Source of the DNA: Cyanobacteria bacterium P01_A01_bin.123
GTDB taxonomy: Bacteria; Cyanobacteriota; Cyanobacteriia; Phormidesmidales; Phormidesmidaceae
Assembly: GCA_039815185.1 (NCBI GenBank)
Contig: JBCBZT010000010.1
Span: 96,001-160,000 of the forward strand
Direction of reading: 5' to 3'
DNA length: 64,000 nt
Shown here: one piece after another, positions 10,382 to 21,513 of the stretch
Layout: each line of letters begins with the position of its first letter
Numbering within the stretch: position 1 is the first letter of the stretch
Translations under genes and position numbers: made by a program
The notes under the pieces: model-generated
What the model was told of the DNA's origin: nothing
The model's input: only the letters and a program-made list of their open reading frames with translations
Database searches by the model: none

Positions 10382-10840
10382 CTAATTTGAACAGGTATTG
10401 TAAAACAGCTCCATTGCCAGGCTGACCTTATTGTGAGCCTGCATTTGCTCTGCTTCCACCGCATTCACTTTTGCTTTGCCTTCGCGATCGCCAACAATGT
10501 AGCTGAGGTGGCCTTCCTCATTACTCGCCTCAATGAAGTGGTTGAGTGAAATCATTAGTCCGCGATAGGCCTCAACTAATTGAACTTGATGCGTTTGTAG
10601 TGCCTTGTTTCTAACATTCATTGCCGCCAAATCATCGGCTAGTTTTTGATAAATTTGAGCATTGATTTGATAGGTTTGGCGATTTTGGTTACCATAAGCG
10701 CGCCCAGATTCCGCTTGCTGAATGGTTTGCAAAATCTCTTTACACTGGGCAGTTTTACTCGGGCCACAGCTGGTAATCATGAGACTGAGGACTGCGATCG
10801 CTAGCATCGATCTTGTTAGGGTGACTGAGTTGTTTGTCAT
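10382..10840 (-). CDS. Hypothetical lipoprotein
   Basis: GAGGAG RBS; hydrophobic signal ending LMITS-C; helical body. Confidence 0.65.
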   Translation of the reverse strand: MTNNSVTLTRSMLAIAVLSLMITSCGPSKTAQCKEILQTIQQAESGRAYGNQNRQTYQINAQIYQKLADDLAAMNVRNKALQTHQVQLVEAYRGLMISLNHFIEASNEEGHLSYIVGDREGKAKVNAVEAEQMQAHNKVSLAMELFYNTCSN

Positions 10841-10994
10841 CAAAAATGATCTCCTCAATGCTTCAATCAACTGTCAGTACCCTATACATGTGACTTTCGA
10901 TACTTTGATTTAGCGTACCCAAACAAATCGCGATCGCACTGTTTTTTTTCGTGATCCTAGGAACGCAGCATGTATCCCATGATGGGCTCAACGA

Positions 10995-12125
10995 ATGACA
11001 CCAACAGAACTCAGAAGCACACTCATGAACAGGAAAAGGCTAATTCAAGTTGGCATAGGGTTATTAATGCTGCTAGTGCTTTTGGGGGTTGTACTATACG
11101 GTATGCACCAGCTGGGTGTGATTAATGCCTGGCAGTTACCCCTAAAGTCCATCATTGCCTTTTGGATCGGTGGCAGTGTGGCCTGTTTACTGATCGGATG
11201 GTTCAAACCTATTCGAGCCTTTAAAGCAAAACGCTGGTGGGTACGCGCATTATTAATTGGGGTAATCAGTCTAAACGCGATCGCATTTTTAAGCGCTTAC
11301 GGCATGACCCATCTCTGTTCGCCAGGGCAGATTTGCGTGGGTTTGCCAAGACCCAATAGTGATCAAACCCCCGCTGATTTAGGACTAGCCTACACAACTC
11401 AACGGCTGGAGGTGAATGATGCTGAGTGGATCGAGACCTGGTTCATTCCATCAGCACAACCGAGCAGCGGTACCGTCTTGCTGTTTCCCGGTAATGGCGG
11501 CAGCAAGGCAACCCAGTTGCTTGCCCCAGCCCAGGTTTTCCATGGATTAGGCTACGATGCGCTACTGACTGATTTTCGTGGGGTGGGGGGATCTAGTGGC
11601 CAGACGACTACCCTTGGCACCCGTGAAGCCCAAGATGTGGCTTTAGTGATGGCCCAAGCTGAGCAGTTGAATTTGACCCCACCGTTGACTTTGTACGGTG
11701 TGTCGATGGGCACTGCGGCGATCATGAACGCGATCGCCACTCAATCGGTTACTCCCGATGCGATCGTATTGGAGCTACCTTTTGTGCGTTTGGTCGATTC
11801 GGTTAAAAGCCGACTGCGCGCAGTCCACGTGCCACCCTTTCCCCTAGCCGAATTGATTGTATTTTGGGGCAGCATTCAACATGGGTTTAATGGCTTTACT
11901 CACAATCCAATTGTCTACGCCCAGCAAATTAACTCCCCTACCCTCGTGTTTCAAGGTGAACAGGATAAGTGGATTAGCGTGAATGAAGTGGAAGCATTAG
12001 TGCAAAATTTGCAAGGGCCCAAGCAGCTCGTGGTTTTCCCCAATGCAGGGCATAACCTTTTAGTCACCGTTGATCAAGCATTTTGGCAACGGCACATCCA
12101 GCAGTTTTTAAAAGGGTTGAGCTAG
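10995..12125 (+). CDS. Membrane-anchored alpha/beta hydrolase
   Basis: Three N-terminal TM segments; DFRGVGGS, GVSMG nucleophile, QGEQD acid and AGH histidine. Confidence 0.88.
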   Translation: MTPTELRSTLMNRKRLIQVGIGLLMLLVLLGVVLYGMHQLGVINAWQLPLKSIIAFWIGGSVACLLIGWFKPIRAFKAKRWWVRALLIGVISLNAIAFLSAYGMTHLCSPGQICVGLPRPNSDQTPADLGLAYTTQRLEVNDAEWIETWFIPSAQPSSGTVLLFPGNGGSKATQLLAPAQVFHGLGYDALLTDFRGVGGSSGQTTTLGTREAQDVALVMAQAEQLNLTPPLTLYGVSMGTAAIMNAIATQSVTPDAIVLELPFVRLVDSVKSRLRAVHVPPFPLAELIVFWGSIQHGFNGFTHNPIVYAQQINSPTLVFQGEQDKWISVNEVEALVQNLQGPKQLVVFPNAGHNLLVTVDQAFWQRHIQQFLKGLS

Positions 12126-12204
12126 CGCTACTAATTTTGGATTGCCAGAATCTCTCCCCTGCCGCCTCTGCTTTCCCGGCCCGTCTCATCGACAACATTG
12201 GAGG

Positions 12205-12987
12205 CTAACGCTCTTCCCAAACCGCATTCACTAACGTCAGCGCTACCAAGGGGGCAGTCACAGCTCGCAAAATCGCGTGGCCTAGGGTGATGGGGGAATA
12301 ATCGGCAGCGATCGCGGCCTCAATTTCAGCCCCTGTCCAACCCCCTTCTGGCCCAATCGCAATAGCCAGGGGCCGTTGCCAATCGTGTTGGGTGAGCGCG
12401 TGACTGAGGGAGATCGGTTGGGGTAACTCCCTAGGGCTGGTGCTTGGCCATCGCGCCACGCAAATTACCCCAACCTTCCTTGGGTTGCCTTGCTGTAAAC
12501 CTTGAGCAAAGGGCACTGGGGAACTGATATCAGGCACGACTAATCGCTCCGACTGTTCGGCAGCTTCGGTGGCAATGCGCTGCCAACGGTTCAGTTTTTG
12601 GGCACTGGGACGTAGCAAGGTGCGATCGCTAATGATCGGCACAATCTGTTGCACCCCAATTTCAGTGGATTGGCGCACCACTTCGTCAAAGCCATTGCCC
12701 TTGGGTAGGGCAGCTAGCAGTATGACAGGGGGGCTCTGCATTGAACCGGAGGCGCTTGGAGCAGAAGCTGTTGGATTAGGGGTTATTAAGTCAGTAATGT
12801 GGGCAACTGAGTCGGCATCGGTCAGGGTGGCTAACCATTGTTGCCCCTGGCCGTTGAGCACCAAAAAGCGATCGCCCGGTTTGAGCCGTAGCACTCGATA
12901 GAGATAGTGGTGCTGGGCTGGCATTAGGTGTAAAGTTTCACCTAAAGTCTGGTTGGGTTCAAGGGTGATGCGTTGAAGCTGGGCCAC
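12205..12987 (-). CDS. rsmE: 16S rRNA m3U1498 methyltransferase
   Basis: HHYLYRVLRL, EAAEQSER, IGPEGG, LGHAILRAVTA. Confidence 0.95.
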   Translation of the reverse strand: MAQLQRITLEPNQTLGETLHLMPAQHHYLYRVLRLKPGDRFLVLNGQGQQWLATLTDADSVAHITDLITPNPTASAPSASGSMQSPPVILLAALPKGNGFDEVVRQSTEIGVQQIVPIISDRTLLRPSAQKLNRWQRIATEAAEQSERLVVPDISSPVPFAQGLQQGNPRKVGVICVARWPSTSPRELPQPISLSHALTQHDWQRPLAIAIGPEGGWTGAEIEAAIAADYSPITLGHAILRAVTAPLVALTLVNAVWEER

Positions 12988-12999
12988 GATAGGTTAACG

Positions 13000-14634
13000 C
13001 TACGAAGACTGACCCGCCAACTCGACGCCTTGGACATGTTGACGATACAGCATGACAATCTTATCCACCACTTGGGCAATCGTTAGGTTGTCTGTAATCA
13101 CCTCAATGGCATCAGCCGCTTTTTGCAAGGGGGCAATGGCGCGACTGCTGTCTAAGCGATCGCGTTCGTAAATCGAACGCTCTAACTCTTCTAAACTCAT
13201 GTTGGACTGCTGTTGGGTCACCAAGTCGCGTTGGCGACGGCGAGCCCGTTCTTGCACAGAGGCTGTCAGAAACACCTTAAGTTCAGCATCGGGGAAGACA
13301 TGGGTGCCGATGTCGCGCCCTTCCATCACCACTCCCCCGGCAACACCATACTGTTTTTGCTGCCCCAACAGGGTCTTGCGCACGGCAGCGTGGGCCGCAA
13401 TGTAAGACACCTGAGCAGTCACTTCGGGACTGCGAATCGCCTGGGTCACTTCTTGATCATTCACCCAAACCCGCGTCATACCAGGGCTCGGGGGAACATA
13501 GTCTAGACTACTTACCCCAGCAGACTCGTAGGCCAGATGAATATGGCAGTGAGGTAGCAGTTCAGCCACAGCGATCGCGTCTTGGGGGTCAATCGCCTCA
13601 TGGCGCACTAGCCAGGTCACGGCACGATACATAGCCCCAGTATCGAGATAAAGCAGGCCCAACTCTTCCGCCACTAACCGCGCCACCGTTGATTTACCTG
13701 CCCCGGCAGGGCCATCAATGGCAACAATTGGTTTACGCGATCGCAGCACGCAGTTATCAATCAAGCGGGTATTGCCTAAATAAGCTGCGATCGCCAATAG
13801 CCCAGCCGTTTCCACCTGCTCTAGAGGGGCCAGAGTTCTAGGATGGACGAGATCAACATATTCAAGACGTAGGGCTGGATACTGAGCCAGGGCGGTCTTG
13901 ACTGAGTTGATTAACGCCATGCGATCGCGTTCTCCCGTCTTAAATAGACTTTCCGCCACATTCAGGCTGTGATAGAGTCCTGGCGCTTGCTGCCGTTCAT
14001 CTGAAGTCAGGTACTGATTGCGCGAACTGTAGGCTAAGCCATCGGCCTCGCGTACGATCTGGCAGGGAATAATTTCTCCGGGTAGATTCAGATCTGCCGC
14101 CTGGCGGCGCAAAATTGCCAACTGCTGGGCATCCTTGCGACCAAAATAAGTCCGGTTGGGCTGAACTAGATTCAGCAGTTTAGTCACGACGGTAGCCACC
14201 CCTTCAAAATGGCCAGGACGAAACGAACCACACAGCACCTCCGTCATCGCAGGTGGTGGTATCACTTGGGTGATCTGATCGAGTTGCCCCCCTTCAGTCT
14301 TATAGAAAGCTTCAACTGTTGGGGCAAAAATCACATCCACGCCTTCAGTCTCACAAAGCTGCTGATCTTGATCTAAAGGACGAGGGTAGTGGCCTAGGTC
14401 TTCATTGGGTCCAAACTGCAGTGGGTTTACGAAAATGCTAACCACCACTCGGTCATTTTCCCGCCGGGCTCGTTGAATCAGACTCAAATGACCTGGATGA
14501 AGCGCACCCATGGTAGGTACAAGGCCAAGGGTTAAAGGTGCTGAGAACGAGTTGGCAGGGTCTTCAATCAATTGGCTCTGGCGGATCTGAGCCAAATAAC
14601 ATCGCAGTCCTTCTACGGTCTTAAGCAGCTGCAC
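13000..14634 (-). CDS. panC/cmk: Bifunctional pantoate-beta-alanine ligase / cytidylate kinase
   Basis: PTMGALHPGH, SIFVNPLQF, SSRN, then AIDGPAGAGKST and EGRDIGT. Confidence 0.97.
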   Translation of the reverse strand: MQLLKTVEGLRCYLAQIRQSQLIEDPANSFSAPLTLGLVPTMGALHPGHLSLIQRARRENDRVVVSIFVNPLQFGPNEDLGHYPRPLDQDQQLCETEGVDVIFAPTVEAFYKTEGGQLDQITQVIPPPAMTEVLCGSFRPGHFEGVATVVTKLLNLVQPNRTYFGRKDAQQLAILRRQAADLNLPGEIIPCQIVREADGLAYSSRNQYLTSDERQQAPGLYHSLNVAESLFKTGERDRMALINSVKTALAQYPALRLEYVDLVHPRTLAPLEQVETAGLLAIAAYLGNTRLIDNCVLRSRKPIVAIDGPAGAGKSTVARLVAEELGLLYLDTGAMYRAVTWLVRHEAIDPQDAIAVAELLPHCHIHLAYESAGVSSLDYVPPSPGMTRVWVNDQEVTQAIRSPEVTAQVSYIAAHAAVRKTLLGQQKQYGVAGGVVMEGRDIGTHVFPDAELKVFLTASVQERARRRQRDLVTQQQSNMSLEELERSIYERDRLDSSRAIAPLQKAADAIEVITDNLTIAQVVDKIVMLYRQHVQGVELAGQSS

Positions 14635-14833
14635 AAATTACTCCTAACGCTGTTTTGTTTCCCAATGGGGTTTGAGAACACAAACTCCTTATTCTCTCAG
14701 TTCGTTGCCCCTTAATGTCTATTTTGACCGATCTTACAGGTGGCTATTGTGCGCTTAAGTAAGGTGCGGTCAGCAAAACGATGTCAGACTTGAAGCCAAA
14801 AAGAAAGGAACTCAGGAACCCGGAGAAAACAGC

Positions 14834-14865
14834 AAAAAAGGGCCCTACAACTGCAGAACCCTTTT
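14834..14865 (-). terminator. Intrinsic terminator downstream of rlpA
   Basis: Minus strand AAGGGTTCTGCA-gt-TGTAGGGCCCTT stem running into a T6 tract. Confidence 0.6.
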
Positions 14866-14916
14866 CAAGAAAAGCGCTTCCTCCCTTGGCCGTTCGGGGA
14901 CGGAATGGTTGCTTTT

Positions 14917-16077
14917 CTAGGGCATCTCCAAAACCTCAACCCGCACAGGGCCGACGCCCATGTTCATTAGGCCAATTTGGCGAGCCGCTCCAGCGGATAG
15001 ATCAATGATGCGTCCGTGACTATAGGGGCCGCGGTCGTTAATCCGCACCACGACCTGCTGATTAGTGGCCAAGTTGGTGACACGCACCTGGGTGCCAAAA
15101 GGCAATGTACGATGAGCCGCAGTCATGGCGTTTTGGTTAAACACCTCACCGCTGGCGCTACGCCGACCGTGAAATCCAGGGCCATACCAAGACGCATTGC
15201 CGCTCATGCTGGCTCGCACCAATAAGGCGGGCACCTCAGGCTCTGGTTGGTCAATAATTTCGGTGAGCGGTGGTTCATTGCCCAACAATCGACGCAGACG
15301 ATTAGCGGCTTGCAGGGCATCCTGGGCGGGTTCACCCGTAGTATCTGGCAAAATCGCCGATTCCCCAACAGTGACCAACAAGGTTTCTGAAGCCTCGATC
15401 AAATAGGCTTCCTGCTCGTCATCCCACCGCACTCGAATAGTGCTGGAGTCAAAACTGTCTTGAGTGAGTTGGTTAATGCGAGCGGCGATCGCCGTCGCCC
15501 GAATCACCGGATCAAGATTAACATCATCGACTTCGACATCAGGCTGATCAGCATCCACAGCATTCACCGTGCGGGCAGACACAATCGTCAAGTCAGATGC
15601 TGCTGCCAATGACTGCCCAACAAAGGTCAAAACAGGGATATCACGGACATAAAGCGTCGCTGCTTGCTGGGAGTCGAAAGGATGGGCCTGAACTTGTACG
15701 ACCGACGCTTCGAAAGGCACCGGCATCACAACCGTTGGTTCTAAAGGTAAAATTCGGGCCTCAACAGCTGAGCCAGAGGGAACATCACTATCCTCAACTG
15801 CGTCTAAAAGATGAGTTGAGGCCGAGCCTTCACGAACCTCTGGCCCTCGTACGTCGGGCATTGCAGATGCAATTGCATTCCCCATGCCTGCATCCACCGC
15901 CGAAGCTACTGAGCCACTGCCACCATCAACCGGTTCAGCGTTCCCCCAGCTGGCGCTTTCCCCAGCGGGTGGCAGTGGGTTAACGTCATCAGTCTGCTGG
16001 GCGCTACCTGAAAGGGGTGCACCAAAAGCCGATACCATCACTGCAGCCGTTAGACTGCCTAAAAATTTTTGCTTCAT
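14917..16077 (-). CDS. rlpA: Septal ring lytic transglycosylase RlpA family protein
   Basis: Signal peptide; C-terminal DPBB domain ASWYGPGFHG...TAAHRTLPFGT...INDRGPY...IIDLS. Confidence 0.93.
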   Translation of the reverse strand: MKQKFLGSLTAAVMVSAFGAPLSGSAQQTDDVNPLPPAGESASWGNAEPVDGGSGSVASAVDAGMGNAIASAMPDVRGPEVREGSASTHLLDAVEDSDVPSGSAVEARILPLEPTVVMPVPFEASVVQVQAHPFDSQQAATLYVRDIPVLTFVGQSLAAASDLTIVSARTVNAVDADQPDVEVDDVNLDPVIRATAIAARINQLTQDSFDSSTIRVRWDDEQEAYLIEASETLLVTVGESAILPDTTGEPAQDALQAANRLRRLLGNEPPLTEIIDQPEPEVPALLVRASMSGNASWYGPGFHGRRSASGEVFNQNAMTAAHRTLPFGTQVRVTNLATNQQVVVRINDRGPYSHGRIIDLSAGAARQIGLMNMGVGPVRVEVLEMP

Positions 16078-16618
16078 AAGTTCAATCAACAAGTGCTTGT
16101 GAAAACTGAGTGCGAGTTAGTGCGGCAGCGCATAGGCACAAAAACACACATTGCGCAGGCAAAAACCAATCTCAGACCATAACTATTTAGATTTCGCGCT
16201 TATTATTTGACCGACACGTAACGTAACACGAACGTCAAAGAATCTGGATCAGGGATTTCCAATCTCAGTAGATTGATGTTTTTTAGCACTTGAAAACTTA
16301 ATATTCTCGATGAAAGCCTTTTGTGGTCAGGGCTCTACTGCTTAAAAAAGTTGTAAAACCCCAATTCTGACTTTATTAACTTTTATATGTCAGCACCCTT
16401 AACTTATGGAAAACCAATCACTAATCTTGGAGAGCCTGACATTTTCTCACAAAAAAACTTTTAGAATATGCAACTTTATTGATATTCATTTGCGCTTACT
16501 TGATAATGCTTTCAAACCACAACGTGAAAATAATAAGCTTCTCAGTTTGGCATCGCGGTCCCCTAGAAAAATCCGCTTTATTTATATAAGACATAAACAA
16601 GACATATAGGATTTCTCC

Positions 16619-17671
16619 ATGGACTATCGCGAGGCTGGCGTTGACGTTGAAGCAGGTCGCCAATTTGTTCACAACATTCAAACACTGGTCGAGAGTACCC
16701 ATCGGTCTGAGGTGCTAAGTGGACTAGGCGGCTTTAGCGGTCTATTTCAACTGCCTACGGGTTACCAAGCGCCGGTGTTGGTATCTGGCACCGACGGTGT
16801 CGGCACCAAGCTTAAAGTGGCCAACGCCTTAAATCGCCATGATACGGTCGGCATTGATCTCGTTGCTATGTGTGCTAACGACGTGTTGACTTGCGGAGCC
16901 GAACCCCTATTTTTTCTGGATTATCTAGCCACAGGTAAATTGCAACCTGCCCAGCTAACCCAGGTTATCAGCGGGATTGCCACAGGATGCCGCCAAGCGG
17001 GATGTGCCCTCATTGGCGGTGAGACGGCTGAAATGCCAGGATTCTATCTGCCAGGGGACTATGATCTAGCGGGGTTTTGTGTCGGCATAGTTGAAAAAGA
17101 CCAAATTCTCGACGGTTCTCAGGTAAAAATTGGCGACGTGGCGATTGGATTAGCCAGTCAAGGGGTTCATAGCAATGGTTTTAGCCTGGTCCGTAAAGTC
17201 ATCGCTGAAGCGCACCGCCACGATCGTGCTGAACCCGGTTACGACTGGCAAACACAACCTGAAGTGCTTAAGGGGCAAACTTTAGGAGAAGCCTTAATGA
17301 TGCCAACCCAAATCTATGTCAAACCCGTTCTGGAAGTACGTCGGCAAGGGTTAGACTTGCACGGAATGGCCCACATCACGGGCGGTGGCCTACCCGAAAA
17401 TCTGCCCCGAGCCCTGCCCCCAGGGCAGTCAATCCAGATCGACGCCAGTCACTGGCCTGAACTCCCTATTTTTAAGTGGATTGCAACAGCGGGACAAATT
17501 TCTCCTGCAGAGATGTTCAATACCTTTAACATGGGGATCGGGTTCGTTTTGCTAGTCCCCTCTGACCAAGCAGCTCAAACCCTCAACTGGTTTGCCCAGC
17601 AAGAGATCGCTGCCTATCAAATCGGGGAGGTGATTGCTGGAGATGGTCAGATTGTTGGATTACCCACCTAA
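16619..17671 (+). CDS. purM: Phosphoribosylformylglycinamidine cyclo-ligase
   Basis: [46 protein letters not shown]. Confidence 0.98.
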   Translation: MDYREAGVDVEAGRQFVHNIQTLVESTHRSEVLSGLGGFSGLFQLPTGYQAPVLVSGTDGVGTKLKVANALNRHDTVGIDLVAMCANDVLTCGAEPLFFLDYLATGKLQPAQLTQVISGIATGCRQAGCALIGGETAEMPGFYLPGDYDLAGFCVGIVEKDQILDGSQVKIGDVAIGLASQGVHSNGFSLVRKVIAEAHRHDRAEPGYDWQTQPEVLKGQTLGEALMMPTQIYVKPVLEVRRQGLDLHGMAHITGGGLPENLPRALPPGQSIQIDASHWPELPIFKWIATAGQISPAEMFNTFNMGIGFVLLVPSDQAAQTLNWFAQQEIAAYQIGEVIAGDGQIVGLPT

Positions 17672-17868
17672 TGTGCTGAAGCACTATTCGCGTTGACTGA
17701 AACCCCATCCGATTTGAAAATTTGACTAGGGGGCAAGGTTTTGTGCCCCTGCAAGGAAAACCATAGGTTTGGATGTGGCCAAGGTTTAGTTCAAGGGGAC
17801 ACTAGTTTTAGCATCTGTATCTATATATAGAGTTAACCCAGAGAAACCAATTTTAGGGAGATAGAGCA

Positions 17869-18708
17869 TTGAAAAATCAACCGCAAGGCTGGCAACCGAT
17901 TGCCCTTGCCATTGTCGCGGCGGTCATCGGCATTTTGGCCTCCAGTTGTTTCGTGATTATCAACCCCGGTCAAACGGGCGTCCTGAGCATTTTGGGTAAA
18001 GCTCAAGACGGTGCCTTATTAGAAGGTATCCACATCAAACCCCCTTTTGTCTCACGGGTGGACATTTATGACATCACCGTCCAAAAATTTGAAGTACCTG
18101 CCCAGAGCTCAACGAAAGATCTGCAAAACCTCACCGCCAGCTTTGCCATCAACTTTCGCTTAGATCCCGTCAAGGTTGTCGAAATCCGCCGCACCCAGGG
18201 AACCCTACAAAACGTTGTCTCTAAAATTATTGCGCCCCAAACCCAAGAATCTTTCAAAATTGCTGCCGCGTTGCGTACCGTTGAAGAAGCCATTACCCAA
18301 CGGACTCAGCTGAAGGAAGATTTTGATGTTGCCCTCAACAGTCGTCTAGAGCGGTACGGCATTATTGTGCTGGATACCAGCGTGGTTGACCTTACTTTCT
18401 CTCCAGAATTTGCCAAGGCCGTCGAAGAAAAGCAAATCGCAGAGCAGCGGGCTCGGCGGGCAGTCTACATTGCCCAAGAGGCAGAACAAGAGGCCCAAGC
18501 TGTCGTCAACCGGGCCAAAGGCCGTGCCGAAGCCCAGCGACTCTTAGCTGAAACCCTTAAGGCTCAAGGGGGTGAACTAGTACTACAAAAAGAAGCGATT
18601 GAAGCCTGGAAAGCAGGCGGTGCTCAAATGCCTAGGGTGCTAGTTATGGGAGGAGATGGCAAGTCAGGCGCACCTTTCTTATTTAACGTAGGAGATTTGC
18701 AGAATTAA
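17869..18708 (+). CDS. Prohibitin/SPFH (band 7) family protein
   Basis: TM anchor, EGIHIKPPF, SSTKDLQ, FAKAVEEKQIAEQ coiled coil. Confidence 0.92.
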   Translation: MKNQPQGWQPIALAIVAAVIGILASSCFVIINPGQTGVLSILGKAQDGALLEGIHIKPPFVSRVDIYDITVQKFEVPAQSSTKDLQNLTASFAINFRLDPVKVVEIRRTQGTLQNVVSKIIAPQTQESFKIAAALRTVEEAITQRTQLKEDFDVALNSRLERYGIIVLDTSVVDLTFSPEFAKAVEEKQIAEQRARRAVYIAQEAEQEAQAVVNRAKGRAEAQRLLAETLKAQGGELVLQKEAIEAWKAGGAQMPRVLVMGGDGKSGAPFLFNVGDLQN

Positions 18709-18752
18709 CCCTTGAGTTAAGCCAAATCCAAATTCGGGAAAATCCCTGCAGC

Positions 18753-18797
18753 AGGAGTCAGGAGCTAAAATCTATCATGATTTTGCTCCTGACTTCT
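18753..18797. terminator. Hairpin between convergent genes
   Basis: AGGAGTCAGGAGC...GCTCCTGACTTCT inverted repeat. Confidence 0.55.
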
Positions 18798-18881
18798 AAT
18801 TTTTCAGAAAATGCATCTACTCCCTTCCCTGCCCTTTAACTTCTGATTTCAAAATGCTCCCAAAATTCTAGATGACCATAA

Positions 18882-19316
18882 CTACTGCATTGGTTTTGTC
18901 CCATTCAGATTAGCCGCCATCCGCAGGCAGTTTTGGTGACCGTTGACCTGGAGCTGGTATTCAACGTTATCCATCAGTCGATTAAGAATCAGCCACCCAT
19001 ACCCACCTTCCTGGAACTGTTTTGGTTCTGGGGCAAGATAGGTGTCCAGATTAAACCCATCCCCAGAATCCCAAACTTCGATGAACAGTTCGCCATTTTT
19101 TAATTCCAGGCGAATAAGCACAGGGATATGGGATTGATCTTTATGGGCGTGACGCACAACATTAGAGTAAGCCTCCACTAATACCAGCCGCAGCCGATTT
19201 TCTACTTTGGGCCAATCGACGTGCTCACCGAGTTCAGCTTTGAGCGATTCGAGCAGCCAATGTTCGACAACGGTTAAGAATTTTAGGCTGCTAGGGACAT
19301 GGAGTTCAGTCTTCAT
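18882..19316 (-). CDS. Anti-sigma regulatory factor / Ser kinase (RsbW-like HATPase_c)
   Basis: EAYSNVVRHA, WDSGDGF, EGGYGW...LMD. Confidence 0.9.
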   Translation of the reverse strand: MKTELHVPSSLKFLTVVEHWLLESLKAELGEHVDWPKVENRLRLVLVEAYSNVVRHAHKDQSHIPVLIRLELKNGELFIEVWDSGDGFNLDTYLAPEPKQFQEGGYGWLILNRLMDNVEYQLQVNGHQNCLRMAANLNGTKPMQ

Positions 19317-19319
19317 GAG

Positions 19320-21008
19320 TTACAGAACCTCCAAAGCCAAAATGGTTTGATCATCTTCTTGTTCAGCATGAAATGCTTCGAGCTGGGAGAGCAGTTTATC
19401 GAGGTCAAGCGGTTGACTTTGCTTCTTTAAGAGTTCCCAAAGTCCTGTTTGCTGAAGCATTTGGGTACTGTTGGGGTGATCGCCTTCAGCCACACTGGCT
19501 TCAGTAATGCCGTCACTGGTAATTAGCAGGGCATGGCCAGGAGGTAGCTCGATCTCCCCTGCTGCGGCTTGCCAAATGGGCAAAATACCTAGGGGAACCC
19601 CGCGTTTATCGAGATAGCTGGGCGCTGTGGATGATGGGTCAGCGGTGAGCTTGTATTGATGCCAAACCACAGGGTATACATGGCCCGCGTTGGCATAAAC
19701 CAAGTGATGTTGGCTAGGTGTATAGCGAGCAAGCACCATGGTGATAAAACAGTTATTGCCCACCAGATCATCGGACAACCCCGCGTTGAGATTTTGCATC
19801 ACAATGTTGGGTTCGGGGGGCAGCTCTTGGGAAAGTTCTCGTCGCAGAACCGAAATTGCACTGGCCATGAATAGGGCAGCCGGAACGCCTTTGCCTGAGA
19901 CATCACCCACGGCTAACCAAATATCGCCTTGGGGATGAACAAACACTTCAAAGAAGTCGCCCCCCACTTCGCGGGCAGGACGGCAACGGGCTTGGATACG
20001 AAGGCCATCAATTTGGGGCCAGCTTTGCCGTAACAGATTAGTTTGAATTTGCCTCGCCACAGCCAGTTCAGCTCGCATTTGCTCAGTTTGAGCTTGGATG
20101 CGTTGATAGAGCATGGCTTGGGAAATGGCCAAAGCGATTTGCTCAGAAACGCTTTGCAGCAAATCGATGGTTGCCTCAGTCCAGGGTTTCGCAGTGGAGA
20201 GTCGATGCAATCCGGCGATCGCGAGGTAATTTTTTTGATAAATTAGCGGCACAGTTAACGTAGCGACTGCACTTTCCACCACCGTTGACTGATCGAGCGC
20301 AATCTCCTGCCGCTGCACTACCGATTGAAAATTTGCAAAGGCATAAGTCTGTTCTAATATTTCAATGCCAGCAGGCTCAACGGATTCAGCGGTGTATATG
20401 TAGCAATCGTCACTCAAGTGATACTGAGGTGATTCGCCGGATATCGTTTCCACCGGACGCAGCACAACCTGGTGGGCTTCAAAGGTCTTGCCCAGCGTTT
20501 CAGCAATGGTTTGCAACATACTGGCATAGTCGAGGGATTCTCGAATTGCCCGCATCACGTCATTCAACAGGGATTCCCGACGCAGTGCTCGCCGTAGCGT
20601 GAGCGTGCGCTGTTTCAAAACGCGGTAGGTTTCCGCAGCTTGCACCACGACTGACTTCAGTTGGTCAGGATTCCAGGGTTTAGTGATGTACTTAAAAACT
20701 TTGCCCGAGTTAATTGCTTCTACCAAGTCTTCTACATCGGTGTAGCCCGTCAATACAATCCGAATCGTGTCTGGGAAACGCTCAACAGTACGGCCTAGAA
20801 ATTCTGTACCGTTCATTCTGGGCATGCGTTGGTCAGAGATGATGATCGCCATCTCTCCATATTCTTCCAGCGCTTCTAAGGCTCTAAAGCCGTTATCTGC
20901 CTTAAACACACGAAAGTCGCGTCTAAAGGTGCGATACAGCAAATCCAGGTTGTCAGGCTCATCGTCAACGACCATGAGCTTAAGTTTTGCGGCCAATTCC
21001 TGGCTCAT
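19320..21008 (-). CDS. Response regulator-GAF-SpoIIE (PP2C) phosphatase
   Basis: REC (VVDDEPD, SDQRMP, YITKPW), GAF-like middle, VGGDF, GDVSGKG, SDGITEA, EDDQT. Confidence 0.93.
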   Translation of the reverse strand: MSQELAAKLKLMVVDDEPDNLDLLYRTFRRDFRVFKADNGFRALEALEEYGEMAIIISDQRMPRMNGTEFLGRTVERFPDTIRIVLTGYTDVEDLVEAINSGKVFKYITKPWNPDQLKSVVVQAAETYRVLKQRTLTLRRALRRESLLNDVMRAIRESLDYASMLQTIAETLGKTFEAHQVVLRPVETISGESPQYHLSDDCYIYTAESVEPAGIEILEQTYAFANFQSVVQRQEIALDQSTVVESAVATLTVPLIYQKNYLAIAGLHRLSTAKPWTEATIDLLQSVSEQIALAISQAMLYQRIQAQTEQMRAELAVARQIQTNLLRQSWPQIDGLRIQARCRPAREVGGDFFEVFVHPQGDIWLAVGDVSGKGVPAALFMASAISVLRRELSQELPPEPNIVMQNLNAGLSDDLVGNNCFITMVLARYTPSQHHLVYANAGHVYPVVWHQYKLTADPSSTAPSYLDKRGVPLGILPIWQAAAGEIELPPGHALLITSDGITEASVAEGDHPNSTQMLQQTGLWELLKKQSQPLDLDKLLSQLEAFHAEQEDDQTILALEVL

Positions 21009-21513
21009 GTCAGCATCCTTAGGTGTAAGTTCCCGCCCGTGGGTGCATCCAACGATATAGGCAGGTTCGGTATATATAGTTCCCTAATCCTGCCTTAATC
21101 CTGTATTGGGTGCTCTAATTTTTCTTGATTTTGCCAACATCCTTAATTTAGGACTACGTTGGCAATAATCTACATCCGGTTTGAAAATTTGATTGAGGGC
21201 GCAAGGCTTCGTACCGTTCTAAAAAAGATAATGGAGCTGCATGTCGTCAAGGTTGATGCCTGCCAATCAATCTTTGATGACTGTAACGGACTACACATTA
21301 AACGTATACAGTGTTATCCTAATCAGTTTAAGCACTCTGAAGTTAAGTATGAAAGAAAGATCGGGATAAAGTTCACTAAGGATACATCAGTCAGAGTGAT
21401 GCATTAACTGTTTGATTCGCTATGATTCAGGGGATCTTTTACAAGGGCTTGAGAAAATCTAGGCAACGCGCCCTGAGGTTGTGGTTGCGGGGCCTAAATG
21501 ATCAATAGCCTGC